Positions 1-9,860 are shown, counted from the stretch's first letter. The stretch is DNA of 64,000 bases from Candidatus Nomurabacteria bacterium (GCA_023898465.1 CP060223.1:896001-960000), one strand, 5' to 3'. Notes: generated by a model from the sequence alone, not told the origin. Numbers and translations are program-made.

Positions 1-399
1 CCTCCTCGCTTCATTAATGCCGCGTTGATACCGGCGACTGCTTCAATCGAGGGAGCAAAAACCGTGTGATGTACACGGCGCACCTTACCGCCGTGCGAGT
101 AAATACACGACAACTCTGTGGCGCAAATAAAGTGTACTTCCTCATCGCTCTTTTCGGTGAAGCGCGCATCTTTGACTCGATACTCTGGCTTCAAACGGTA
201 GAGACCATCCAGGCTGGGTTCTAGCTTCTCTTGTAACTCTGGAAACCACTTGGGATGCGTAAAATCGCCGGTCGCCATTAAATGCAAACCTTTAATGCGT
301 GCCCATAAATCGATATTCTCTAAAGTAAGCTGAGGGGAACAAGCTCGAGCGTATTTGGAATGAATATGGAGGTCAGCAATGATTTGCATACTTGGGTAT
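1..399 (-). CDS. PHP-domain protein, EndoQ-like (N-terminal part; gene continues past the window start)
   Basis: Reverse-strand translation from the ATG at 399 gives MQIIADLHIHSKYARACSP...GLHLMATGDFTHPKWF...KVRRVHHTVFAPSIE. This has PHP metal-binding motifs (DLHIHS, RVHH) and resembles the endonuclease Q N-terminus. The ORF has no stop inside the window, so it is absent from the ORF track. Confidence 0.55.
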
Positions 400-466
400 G
401 GTAGCGCATACCAAGGCGTCTGGAAAGAAAACAGCGCACTCATGGAAAAGTACGCTGTAGAACAAG

Positions 467-796
467 CTAGTGAATGTCATCAACCAGACTCCAAGGACTC
501 GCTCGATCAAGGCAAGTCTGTGGCGCGCCACCAACATTCCTTATGCGAATCCAGACCATTCGCTGCCACAGTCCCTTGGCACCAGTCCGCTGACTGCGCT
601 TTCGACGAACAGCCACACAGGCATCTCCATCTTCCAGCACTATGAGTATATGGTCATCGTCTGGAGTTGCCTCCTGGCCGGCTCGTAAAATCTGATAGGA
701 GACCTTGCCTTGCAGCACACCGATGCAGCCCTCTGACACCAGGATTCGTGAGTCATCCGGGACAAGCACCACTTTCGTTACATCCCCTTTACTCAT
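467..796 (-). CDS. hypothetical protein (109 aa) with an SEGCIGV segment weakly reminiscent of the L,D-transpeptidase SxGC[IV]R motif
   Basis: ORF 467..856. The start was chosen at internal MSKGDV (ATG at 796) just downstream of the cofD-like stop. I recognised no clear family. Confidence 0.35.
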   Translation of the reverse strand: MSKGDVTKVVLVPDDSRILVSEGCIGVLQGKVSYQILRAGQEATPDDDHILIVLEDGDACVAVRRKRSQRTGAKGLWQRMVWIRIRNVGGAPQTCLDRASPWSLVDDIH

Positions 797-858
797 GCTC
801 CCACCTCTAAAGTAAGAGAGAGCAGCGTACCCTCGAAAGAATACGCTGCCTATCAATG

Positions 859-1869
859 TCAGGCGTCAACAGCTGCCTCGATAGCAGCCAACAAACGACC
901 TGAACTGTGAGTGAGCAAATGCGTCCACTTGGCAAAGTTGCCAGCTCGATCGCCATTCCCTGAGAACTGCGAAGGAACCAAGTCAAGCTCCACGAAGCGA
1001 ACTTGCGGGAAATGCTGACGGGCACCGTTGAAGATCACTGGCCGAGAGCCGAGTGCTCCATAGTGCTGCAACACTTCCTCGGGAATAGAACCCGAATTGA
1101 CAATGACCACATCCGGCTCGCGTCCGCAATACGGATGAAGCTGTCGAACGTGCTGCTCCGCATCCCAGTCATCGGTCAATCCCGGCTGTGTCATCAAGTT
1201 AATGACCTGAATCACTTGCGCTTGTGAAGCATGAAATGCTTCGCGCATCCCAGCTGGCAGCAAGGCGCTCACCAAACCGGTATGAAATGATCCAGGGGCA
1301 ATAATGATGACATCAGCTTGTCGAATCGCTTCCAGACTACCAGAGTAGGCCGGCGCATCAACAGACAAGCTCATCTGCTTGATTGGAATGCGAGGATCAC
1401 GCTTGATGATCTCCCACTCTCCAGTCACGATGCTTCCGTCCTCCAGGCTTGCCCGGATGTGCACATTCGATTCGGTCGCAGGCAACACCTGACCCTGACA
1501 ACCCAGATCAACCCTGAAGATGTCAAAGGCTCGGGCGATCCCGTGCTGATTAGTGAGTCGTGCCAAACGTGTGTTGGCTGGCGATGTGCCATCAGAATTG
1601 CGCGTTGCGAGACGATCTCGCTCAGCACTCTCTGGAGCCAAGGCCAACAAACACTGCTTCCCGTCACCTACCTGTGGGATATGGAACTCAGTACGAAGCA
1701 CTCCACTATGCCCACCATTGTCAGTGACTGATACGATGCCAATGAGGCCCTCCAGCTGCTTTCCGCCGCTGGCGAGCGCTCTCAAGATGTTCGCCTGTCC
1801 GGTTCCTGCACCGATGCAGACGACGCGCTTGCCGCTCAAGGCGGAAACTTGCTGAATCATGAACCTCAC
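859..1869 (-). CDS. YvcK/CofD-like (UPF0052) gluconeogenesis-factor family protein
   Basis: 336 aa. N-terminal Rossmann-like VVCIGAGTGQANILRAL, then IVSVTDNGGHSG and LPAGMREA, typical of the YvcK/CofD family. Confidence 0.75.
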   Translation of the reverse strand: MRFMIQQVSALSGKRVVCIGAGTGQANILRALASGGKQLEGLIGIVSVTDNGGHSGVLRTEFHIPQVGDGKQCLLALAPESAERDRLATRNSDGTSPANTRLARLTNQHGIARAFDIFRVDLGCQGQVLPATESNVHIRASLEDGSIVTGEWEIIKRDPRIPIKQMSLSVDAPAYSGSLEAIRQADVIIIAPGSFHTGLVSALLPAGMREAFHASQAQVIQVINLMTQPGLTDDWDAEQHVRQLHPYCGREPDVVIVNSGSIPEEVLQHYGALGSRPVIFNGARQHFPQVRFVELDLVPSQFSGNGDRAGNFAKWTHLLTHSSGRLLAAIEAAVDA

Positions 1870-1948
1870 TCCTTCTTGGTGATCTCGTCCCTAAAAAGAA
1901 CATCTGCACTGTACCAATGGTCACAGTCCAGATGACTGCTTACGGATG

Positions 1949-2692
1949 CTACTGCAATGTTTTCCATAATGCAGAAAAGATATTCTGCTGAGTTGAAGTA
2001 ATGGCCTGATCTTCAATAATTATCCCGCGTGGCTCTTTATTCTCCCCCACGGTAATCATGGCAATCTTTGCACCATAGAGTATGGTATAGGTTGGCGCTC
2101 CTTCCTCTTTGCGTAACCAACGACGCTGATCAAGTCCGTGCAGCTCGCCACCTTCACCAATAGCAATGACCTTCACTCGAATACCAGCGGCGATACGCTG
2201 TTTGGTAAAATCAGGCCATGCTCGGTGAAGATAAGGACGGATGGTGGAAGAGGAATACACCGCGTACTCTTTCACATCCTGCTGAGCAACCACAGCAATA
2301 AGATCTTCGAGCACCGTTTTCACCCCTCGATAAGCTTCATAGTAGCGAACTACCGGCTTCTCATCACCCCGAGCATACATTGAACGCAGCTCCGGCAACG
2401 CTTCAGCTAGTTCTTCACTTGTGGTAATGAGCGACTGACGTTGTTCAGCGAGCACTTTTTCTAATACTATCGGATCCTCGCAGACAAAATGCTTATGCTG
2501 ATCCTGATGGAAGTAGCTCACCACACCCAACTGAAGCAAGCCCTTCAGGATGTCATAGGTTGTACCACGATTAATTTTTGCGTCAAGAGCAATCTTTCGG
2601 ACAGGTGCTGGCCCTGACTTCAATAAGGCAAGGTAGATGGCAATTTCCTTTTCATCCAGGCCGATTTTTTCTAATAATGTTCCGATTTGCAT
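1949..2692 (-). CDS. TrmB-family transcriptional regulator (sugar-responsive HTH)
   Basis: Start chosen at MQIGTLLEKIGLDEKEIAIYLALLKSGPAPVRKIA. This is a TrmB-type winged helix. The C-terminal domain resembles the TrmB sugar-binding region. It is divergent from pfk. Confidence 0.7.
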   Translation of the reverse strand: MQIGTLLEKIGLDEKEIAIYLALLKSGPAPVRKIALDAKINRGTTYDILKGLLQLGVVSYFHQDQHKHFVCEDPIVLEKVLAEQRQSLITTSEELAEALPELRSMYARGDEKPVVRYYEAYRGVKTVLEDLIAVVAQQDVKEYAVYSSSTIRPYLHRAWPDFTKQRIAAGIRVKVIAIGEGGELHGLDQRRWLRKEEGAPTYTILYGAKIAMITVGENKEPRGIIIEDQAITSTQQNIFSALWKTLQ

Positions 2693-2891
2693 AATACAGA
2701 GATTGATTGAGTAGCGGGGACATTGTGGCTGAATCAATATATTTGTCAAGCAAAAAAATACTGACAAGTGTTTTGCTAAATATTTAGCCCTGTTTTTCAA
2801 TATTATCCTGTGTTTCTTTTGTCAATTTTTTGCCAACAGCTACTTTATTACGATTGACGACCAGGATAAATTGCGCGATACTTCGCATATT

Positions 2892-4052
2892 ATGACGCAT
2901 AAAAAAACAATTCTCGTTCTTACTGGTGGAGGCATTACTCCAGCCCTCAACGCCACCTTGTACGGAGTTATCACTAGTGCCCAAAAAAGTGGGCATACTA
3001 TACTCGGAGGTATCTCAGGATGGAAATCTGTGCTTCAAGGTGGAAAACACATTGATCTCAGCACAGTAGACGTATCATCAATCCAAAAAATCGGTGGTAC
3101 TATTCTACGCTCAAGTCGCACAAATCTTTTTGCTATTGAGAATGGTGTTGCGCAAGTGAAGCAAACGATTGCCAACAATAACATTGATGTCATCATTGCG
3201 ATCGGTGGAGATGATACGCTTGGCGCCTGCGAACGTTTAGTGCGCGAGCATAATATTCAAGCTATCGGCATCCCAAAAACAATTGATAACGATCTCTACG
3301 GCACTTATTGGTCGCCGGGTTATCCTAGCGCCGCTTCGCATGTTGCCCATATTGCTGAACACATTCGCCGTGACGCTGCCTATGCGCTTCGTCGTGCCTT
3401 TGTTATCGAAACCTATGGCATGAAATCCGGCTGGCTCACTGCCGCGGCTGGACTAGGAAAGGCTGATGTAATTCTTACACCTGAAAGGGAAGTTAACACT
3501 GAGCATGTGTTAAATACTATTTACGAGCGCTACGAAGCAAACGGTAGCTACGCCGTAATCGCGGTTGCTGAAAACACCCAATTCTCTGACTCAGTGGAAG
3601 GCGAGGAATATGATGCGGCTGACACCTTTGGACATAAACGACAAAACCATATTTCTATTGCGCTGCGCCGTATTATTAAGAAGCAGCTTAACATCGACTC
3701 TCGCGTCATTATGCCAGGCAACATCGTACAGTCTGGTGAACCTACTCCGATTGATGGAGAAACTGCTACCGCACTTGGACGACAGGCGATCGCTATGATT
3801 GAAAATGAAGACTACGGGCATATCCCGAGCATTGAAGTTGATCAGAAAAACCTTGCGGTCACCATTGGGAAACGACCACTTTCCGAAGTAGTCAGTCATG
3901 AGGGCCCGAGAAAAATAGACGATGAAATGTTTGACTTTGCAAACTATCAAGTGAAGCCTGCCTTCCTCGAATACCTTAAGCCAATGCAAATTCATCCTCA
4001 TACACCAGAGGAATACATTGCCTTGCAAGAAAAGATTCGGGCGATTGAATAA
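2892..4052 (+). CDS. pfk: 6-phosphofructokinase (ATP- or PPi-dependent)
   Basis: KKTILVLTGGGITPALNA, GGDDTLG and PKTIDNDL motifs of the PFK family. The start was chosen at MTHKK. Confidence 0.85.
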   Translation: MTHKKTILVLTGGGITPALNATLYGVITSAQKSGHTILGGISGWKSVLQGGKHIDLSTVDVSSIQKIGGTILRSSRTNLFAIENGVAQVKQTIANNNIDVIIAIGGDDTLGACERLVREHNIQAIGIPKTIDNDLYGTYWSPGYPSAASHVAHIAEHIRRDAAYALRRAFVIETYGMKSGWLTAAAGLGKADVILTPEREVNTEHVLNTIYERYEANGSYAVIAVAENTQFSDSVEGEEYDAADTFGHKRQNHISIALRRIIKKQLNIDSRVIMPGNIVQSGEPTPIDGETATALGRQAIAMIENEDYGHIPSIEVDQKNLAVTIGKRPLSEVVSHEGPRKIDDEMFDFANYQVKPAFLEYLKPMQIHPHTPEEYIALQEKIRAIE

Positions 4053-4083
4053 AAAAACGGTGGCCAGAGAGTTCTGACCACCG
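4051..4083 (-). terminator. rho-independent terminator serving the minus-strand PfkB kinase; lies between convergent genes
   Basis: Hairpin cggtggccagagagttctgaccaccg, preceded on the plus strand by aaaaaaa (a T-run on the minus strand). Confidence 0.55.
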
Positions 4084-4100
4084 GTGAAGGTGCGAATTGA

Positions 4101-5090
4101 CTAGGCAACGGTTTCCCGCTGCGCAAGGAACTGCGTGATTTCGTCACGCGAAGGGACCGAGGATCCCCCGAGACGACTGATCGTAATAGCTGCTCCAGCC
4201 GCGGCCCAACGCAGGGCTTCTGACTTGGACTTGCCATCGAGCAGTGCCCCGATGTAACAGGACAGGAAGGTGTCACCGGCGCCGGTCAAATCCTTGATCG
4301 GCGTATCAGCAAACACTTCGCCGTTGATGCTCTGTTCTCCACCGTTGTACAGAGTGGCACCTTTGGGGCCTCGAGTAACCAAGACCTCCATATGCCGGCC
4401 CTGCCCAATGGCTTGGAGCTCGCTCACCGTACTGAAGCCGAAGCCTCGGAGCAAATGCGCTTCTTCTTCCTCGTTCACGGCCAAGAGGTCGGTGCAAGAG
4501 AGAAGCTGACGCAGGGCTGTGTGGCGACGACGTTCTTCGAGCTCATTACTGAGCTCATACACCAGACTGATCCCGGGATTCAGAATGTTCATCGACGGAG
4601 CAGCTTGACGACCACCCGCTTCAAACATCGCCAGCACCAGAGGCGCATCTGCGATCTGGACACCCGTACCCACAGTCATGTGAGGACGAACTTGATCCAC
4701 CTGTCGGCGAATCAACTCCGCACCACGCTCCATCGCGTCCGGAAGATAGTTGCCCTTTCCAGCGATGATGCGTTGTGCACCGTCCTTGGCTGAGAGACTG
4801 ACCGTGATGTTCGTCCTTTCCCGCAAAGGGAGAGGAAAAGCATCCAACTCCAGCCTACGCAGCTCGGCTTCGAGGTAGCCGGCGTAGCGATCATCACCGA
4901 CCGTACACAGCAGCTTGACCAACTGCCCGCTACGAAGCAGTGCGCGCGCGACGTTGAACGAAGAACCTGCTGCAATCAAGTCAAAGTCACTTGCTGCAAC
5001 CTGTTGCTTCACCACGTCGCTTGTCCCATCAAAACCAGAGACCGCCATTTCCATGTTGGCACTAAAGCCAACCAAAACAGTTCGAGACAT
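4101..5090 (-). CDS. PfkB/ribokinase-family carbohydrate kinase
   Basis: C-terminal DLTGAGDTF anion-hole motif. There is a GGGGGA SD before the ATG at 5090. Local GC (about 58%) is clearly higher than in the neighbouring genes. Confidence 0.8.
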   Translation of the reverse strand: MSRTVLVGFSANMEMAVSGFDGTSDVVKQQVAASDFDLIAAGSSFNVARALLRSGQLVKLLCTVGDDRYAGYLEAELRRLELDAFPLPLRERTNITVSLSAKDGAQRIIAGKGNYLPDAMERGAELIRRQVDQVRPHMTVGTGVQIADAPLVLAMFEAGGRQAAPSMNILNPGISLVYELSNELEERRRHTALRQLLSCTDLLAVNEEEEAHLLRGFGFSTVSELQAIGQGRHMEVLVTRGPKGATLYNGGEQSINGEVFADTPIKDLTGAGDTFLSCYIGALLDGKSKSEALRWAAAGAAITISRLGGSSVPSRDEITQFLAQRETVA

Positions 5091-5219
5091 GCTGTTCCCC
5101 CAGCGTTTCGTAAGCGCTCCCTGTGCTCCCGTGAACACGTTGTAAAGATCATTCAGCGTATGAGCTGATCAGGCATCGCTCGCCTTAACCTGTTGCGATG
5201 ACTGATGACTCAGTCTGAA

Positions 5220-6095
5220 TTACTTTTTCACTGGCCACTCTTTTAGGGCTTGCTCGTACACCTCTGGGGTTCCAATATCGAACCACTGTCCTTCAAATAA
5301 ATATCCGACGAGTTTCTTTTCCTTGGCGAGCTGCGGAAACACGTCCGCCTCTAGCATACTTGACCCGCTGGCCGGTACATAGTCAAGCACTTTTGGCTGC
5401 ATGACTGACACACCGGTAAAAATGAGGTGTGACAAGCGACTTGATCGTTCTGGCTTCTGCAGGAATTCGACAATCTTGCTTCCGTGCATCTTTACCACAC
5501 CATACTCTGATGGCTGACTCACGCTAGTAATTGCCAATGTGGCTAATGCCTTACTCTCCAGGTGGTAATCAACAAACTCGTTAAAGTCGACATCAATGAG
5601 CACGTCACCATAGAGCATAAGGAAGGGACTATCTTTCAGAAGGTGTGCGGCTGCACGCAATGGTGTCGCAGTACCCTCGGACTTACCTTCTTCCACATAC
5701 TGAATGGAAACGCCAAAGCCAGATCCGTCACCAAAATGTTCTTTGATGCGTTCGCCTAAGTGTCCAATGTAAATGATCAGGTTGCGGATGCCACTATCAC
5801 GCAGCGACGTCACGGTGTGTTCCAAGATCGGCTTGCCATGCACTGGAATCATCGCCTTTGGCATCTCATACGTGAATGGACGCATATTCACGCCTCGTCC
5901 ACCAGCCAAGATCAATGCCTTCTGAATACGTGAGCCGAGGACCTTGCCCAGGTGATATTCAATCGCATGGGAACGGTTTCGGATACGCGCACCATCAATG
6001 GTGGCATCGAGCTTATCGAGAATGTCTTGTTTTAAGGTGATAGTGAGGCGTTGTCGTTCCATAAGACTGGGCTTCCGCCTTTCATATACCATCAT
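5220..6095 (-). CDS. sugar-1-phosphate nucleotidyltransferase with an N-terminal ribbon-helix-helix (CopG-like) domain
   Basis: N-terminus MERQRLTITLKQDILDKLDATIDGARIRNRSHAIEYHL is a classic RHH. It is followed by ALILAGGRGVNMRPFT...PKAMIPV...LMLYGDVLID, an NTP_transferase fold. The true start may be at MERQ (6062). Confidence 0.7.
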   Translation of the reverse strand: MMVYERRKPSLMERQRLTITLKQDILDKLDATIDGARIRNRSHAIEYHLGKVLGSRIQKALILAGGRGVNMRPFTYEMPKAMIPVHGKPILEHTVTSLRDSGIRNLIIYIGHLGERIKEHFGDGSGFGVSIQYVEEGKSEGTATPLRAAAHLLKDSPFLMLYGDVLIDVDFNEFVDYHLESKALATLAITSVSQPSEYGVVKMHGSKIVEFLQKPERSSRLSHLIFTGVSVMQPKVLDYVPASGSSMLEADVFPQLAKEKKLVGYLFEGQWFDIGTPEVYEQALKEWPVKK

Positions 6096-6151
6096 ACTCT
6101 AGTGGTATTTGAAAGAAATGTCAATAATATAGGGACTAAATTATGCTAATA

Positions 6152-6910
6152 TTAGCCTTTTTTCTCTTTTTTCTGAGCAAAAAATACTAGCCTTTCTAGA
6201 TCTTCTGGGGTGTTATACCCCATAGCTGATAAGGCGTCTTGTGTTTTGAGGACTTTATAAGGCAACTTATCTTCTGCAGCTATTTTCAGCACATCAGGCA
6301 GGAAATACTCTCCATTTGGATGTTTCGGGATTCGAGCTAACGCGTTCCACACCCATGGGGCATTCATTAAGTAGAGCGCGGGATTCACTTCCCGTATTCG
6401 GAGCTGGGCTGGGCTACACTCATGCGCCTCTCGTATCTCAAGAACACGATTCCGCTTATCTCGAATGATGCGGCCGAATGACTTACACCCTTCATATATT
6501 CCTCGATAGCTTGGCACTTCAACTGTCATCATGGTAAGCACTTCGCCATGATTACGATGAAAGCGAATAAGCTGTTTCAAAGTATTTGCCTGAATAAAAG
6601 GATGATCGCCGTACAAGGGAAGAATATGTTTTGCCTTGGCAGCAGTTTTTTGAGCTGCGCGTACTGCGTATCCCGTGCCCTTGGCTGAAGCGGTAATAAT
6701 CTTTGCCCGCTTGCTAAATTTTTCTTGATATATTTTTTTTGTATCAGGACGGACGACAAGTATAGGCGTAAGAATATCTGACCCGAGCTTATCCAGAGTA
6801 TCTAAAATCCGCTCAAGGGTTGTTTTCCCATTAATCTCATAGAGAGGTTTCAAAGATTTTGTCCCCATTCGCCTATTGCGTCCGGCAGCCAGAACTACGG
6901 GTTGGATCAT
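6152..6910 (-). CDS. GlmU N-terminal-like nucleotidyltransferase (UDP-GlcNAc pyrophosphorylase domain only)
   Basis: MIQPVVLAAGRNRRMGTKSLKPL...LPLYGDHPFI...EVNPALYLM...NGEYFLPDV matches the GlmU uridylyltransferase domain. No LbH acetyltransferase domain is present. Confidence 0.65.
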   Translation of the reverse strand: MIQPVVLAAGRNRRMGTKSLKPLYEINGKTTLERILDTLDKLGSDILTPILVVRPDTKKIYQEKFSKRAKIITASAKGTGYAVRAAQKTAAKAKHILPLYGDHPFIQANTLKQLIRFHRNHGEVLTMMTVEVPSYRGIYEGCKSFGRIIRDKRNRVLEIREAHECSPAQLRIREVNPALYLMNAPWVWNALARIPKHPNGEYFLPDVLKIAAEDKLPYKVLKTQDALSAMGYNTPEDLERLVFFAQKKEKKG

Positions 6911-6996
6911 AAAAAACCGCTAAGCGAAGTTAAGGGAAAACCTGATAAGGTGTACACATATGCTACTGAAAAATACCCTCTCTGGCAAGGCTAGTT

Positions 6997-8157
6997 TTAC
7001 CCAGCCCACTGCCAGTGGGTAAAAGCAAATGTGGTCAGCCCACCGAAGAAAAGCAGAAGAAATAAAAGTAGTGAGCGGATCCAAGCGCTCTGAATCTTCA
7101 ACGCAGCGAAGTAAGCAAGGGGGAATGCTAGCAGGATGTATCGAGTGAATGAATAAAGATGTCCTCCAAGCATTGGTAAGAGCACAACAAAAAAACTATA
7201 AAGTGTAAGTGCAAAGGGTATGCGCTTTTCTCTCAACCCCCACAGGGCAAAAAGAAGTGTAGGTATACTCAGGAGAGTAGCGATAAGCAATTCTCCGCGG
7301 CCGAAAATATCTGCTTGGGTAATGAGTGCATATGCACTTCTCAGCATGCTAGTAATCGGATCGCTTAGTCGATGTCCCCACCACCCCTGACTATGAAGAA
7401 AAGCAAATCCATCACCGCTCACTATATAGTAAAACAGAATTAATAAAGTGCTAGCGATAAAAACACTAGCAATCCAAAGCACATCGCCTAAAGTGATTCG
7501 TCTGCGCTTCACCCACGCTACAATTTCAATAATACAAAGAGTGGCAACTAAGCCTACCCCTACCGGCCGAGCAAAAAGCGCGAGCACAGCAAAAAAAATA
7601 GCTAGCCATCGGTGATGACGCAAGTGAGCAAGGAGGGCGGCGGCGGATACGCAAAAGAAGAGCGACTCGGTGTACCAAGCTGAATAGAAAAAAGCAGCTG
7701 GAAAAAAACTAATCAGTACAAGTGCAAATAGCGCATCTCTTTTTTGTAAGAAGTTACGGGCAATCAAATAACTCAATACTCCTCCAATGAAAAATGAGAG
7801 GTAGGAGACGAGTAAGCCGGCCACCCAAACATTTTGCCATGCATTTCCTATTACGCGAGATAAGACAGGATAGAGGGGAAAGAAGGCTGTCCGATAAAGC
7901 GCATCGCTCTGATACCCACGCACTGCAACATCATAGAGATGATAGCTATCCCATCGAATAAAACTGCTCCACACCTGGCTCTGTGAAAACGCGTCCGGGT
8001 GCGGTTTCACCGATTGCTCAGTATTCACTTGCAAACCAAGCCATGCAACACCAAAGAAAAAAACCCGCGATAAAAAAAGAACCAGCAAAACTATGCCGAT
8101 CTCTCTCTGAAAAAGAAAATGTGTACTTGGGGCTATAGCCCTCGGAGCAATTGCCAC
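6997..8157 (-). CDS. polytopic GT-C membrane glycosyltransferase (PIG-V/GT76-like mannosyltransferase family)
   Basis: 386 aa with about 10 TM helices. The first loop reads FIRWDSYHLYDVAVRGY (an RWD motif as in PIG-V-like mannosyltransferases). Confidence 0.45.
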   Translation of the reverse strand: MAIAPRAIAPSTHFLFQREIGIVLLVLFLSRVFFFGVAWLGLQVNTEQSVKPHPDAFSQSQVWSSFIRWDSYHLYDVAVRGYQSDALYRTAFFPLYPVLSRVIGNAWQNVWVAGLLVSYLSFFIGGVLSYLIARNFLQKRDALFALVLISFFPAAFFYSAWYTESLFFCVSAAALLAHLRHHRWLAIFFAVLALFARPVGVGLVATLCIIEIVAWVKRRRITLGDVLWIASVFIASTLLILFYYIVSGDGFAFLHSQGWWGHRLSDPITSMLRSAYALITQADIFGRGELLIATLLSIPTLLFALWGLREKRIPFALTLYSFFVVLLPMLGGHLYSFTRYILLAFPLAYFAALKIQSAWIRSLLLFLLLFFGGLTTFAFTHWQWAG

Positions 8158-8639
8158 AAAAACAATCCAATCATGGCCACACCAACGGCAAACTTAATAA
8201 TCATGCCGCCCATGTAGCCGATAATAATGTAATGCTTCGTTTCCACGGCAAAGACTCGATCACGACCAACTACCAACTGACTAACCACTGCTCCAAAAAA
8301 AGGCCCAACTACAAAAGCAAAAAGTAAACCAAAGAAGGAACCAATTATTCCTCCAATAACCGCGCCCAAAACGCCCCACAAACTTGCGCGAAATTGTTTA
8401 CCGCCCCAAAGGTAGGCTACGAAGTCTAGCAGCACTACTACTAATCCTAGTACGGAAATAATAAGCAGGAAGGACGGAGTAACTAGTGAAAAGTCTGTAG
8501 CGATCCCATACAATAAAATACCAAACCAAATAAGTGGAATGCTCGGCACTATAGGGAAAGCGATACCAACGAAACCAACGAGTACGATAATGAAGCAGAG
8601 TGTCAGAATGATGAGATGTCCAGCCCCCGTGCTAAACAT
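8133..8639 (-). CDS. DUF456-family small membrane protein
   Basis: Start chosen at MFSTGAGHLIILTL, adjacent to the rnc stop. Four TM helices and a FPIVPSIPLIW segment typical of DUF456. Confidence 0.5.
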   Translation of the reverse strand: MFSTGAGHLIILTLCFIIVLVGFVGIAFPIVPSIPLIWFGILLYGIATDFSLVTPSFLLIISVLGLVVVLLDFVAYLWGGKQFRASLWGVLGAVIGGIIGSFFGLLFAFVVGPFFGAVVSQLVVGRDRVFAVETKHYIIIGYMGGMIIKFAVGVAMIGLFLWQLLRGL

Positions 8640-8640
8640 A

Positions 8641-9330
8641 TTACCATCCCCGGGCGAGTATCCCGGCCTCCGCTGCGCTGACCTGCGCCTCTTGTTTAGA
8701 TGCACCCTCGCCGGTAGCCACCTCTTCATCACCAAAGTAGACTGCTACGCGGAAGTGTTTATTGTGATCTGGACCCCACTCCTCAAGTACTTTGTAGGCA
8801 GGGGTAACGCCTAGCTTTTCCTGACTCGCTTCTTGCAAACGACTCTTTGGGTCGAGATAAAGTTTGTGCTCGATAATGTAGGGGAGTTTAGGAAGCACGG
8901 TTCGCCCAATAAAATCCTTTGCTACTTCAAAACCCTGGTCGAGATAAATTGCTCCGACAATTGCTTCAAAGGCATTTGCTAAAATTGAATGACGTGCTTT
9001 GGCATTTGCGTCTTTTGCTTCACCCCGGCTTAAGAAGATAAACTGATGCACTTCTAATTCTTCCGCGATACTGCCCAGACTTTTTGCGTTCACAAGAGCC
9101 GCTCGCCAGTTTGTCAGATCTCCTTCTGGATTTTCATATTTAGTATAGAGATGTTCAGTGACAGCTAATTCCAAAACAGCGTCGCCGAGAAACTCCAGAC
9201 GTTCGTTATGACCTAAGCGAAAACTAGGGTGTTCGTTCACATATGAACGATGCACTAGTGCTTGATGAAGGTATTCAGTTTTAGTGAAGTGAACGCCGAG
9301 ACGTTCTTCGAGTGCGGTGAATTCAGACAT
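8641..9330 (-). CDS. rnc: ribonuclease III
   Basis: ERLEFLGDAVLELAVTEHLY catalytic signature plus a C-terminal dsRBD. Confidence 0.9.
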   Translation of the reverse strand: MSEFTALEERLGVHFTKTEYLHQALVHRSYVNEHPSFRLGHNERLEFLGDAVLELAVTEHLYTKYENPEGDLTNWRAALVNAKSLGSIAEELEVHQFIFLSRGEAKDANAKARHSILANAFEAIVGAIYLDQGFEVAKDFIGRTVLPKLPYIIEHKLYLDPKSRLQEASQEKLGVTPAYKVLEEWGPDHNKHFRVAVYFGDEEVATGEGASKQEAQVSAAEAGILARGW

Positions 9331-9392
9331 ATGATGAGAGCAACTCGCTTCTCATGGCGACATCGCACCACGACAAGCCAATCGCAAATTAA

Positions 9393-9860
9393 TTATGAAC
9401 TTGCTTGAGGAGGAGTTTCTGTTTTTGTGCTCGGGGCGGTTTCTTGTACATCCATATCTTTAAAGATCGCTCCAAGCACCCCGTTTACGAAGCGGCCAGA
9501 TGATTCTCCACCAAAGCTCTTGGCTAATTCAATTGCTTCATTAATCGCCACCTTTGGAGGAATGTCAGGAGCAAACTTCAGCTCATAGATGCCAATGCGA
9601 AGAATGTTGCGATCAACAATAGTGATTTGATCGAGCGGCCACTCAGGTGCATATTTCACGATCAAGGCATCAATATCTTTTTGATTCTTCTCAATGCCAT
9701 GCACGATGCTGCGTGAAAAATCAGCGTCGCTAAAGTCAGGAGCAAACTCCTTCAGATTCGTTTCGACCATCTCAGAGAGTTCCGTGTTTGATTTGCCGGT
9801 AAAATCCCACTCGTAGAGTGTTTGCATTGCAATCGTTCTGGCAAGGTGGCGATTCGACAT
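9393..9860 (-). CDS. nusB: transcription antitermination factor NusB
   Basis: [17 protein letters not shown] and overall NusB fold motifs. Confidence 0.85.
   Translation of the reverse strand: MSNRHLARTIAMQTLYEWDFTGKSNTELSEMVETNLKEFAPDFSDADFSRSIVHGIEKNQKDIDALIVKYAPEWPLDQITIVDRNILRIGIYELKFAPDIPPKVAINEAIELAKSFGGESSGRFVNGVLGAIFKDMDVQETAPSTKTETPPQASS

Noticed and set aside
379-645. 88-aa plus-strand ORF overlapping the 3' part of the EndoQ-like gene and the 467-796 ORF
   Set aside because: It overlaps two co-oriented minus-strand genes and has no recognisable features. It is likely spurious.
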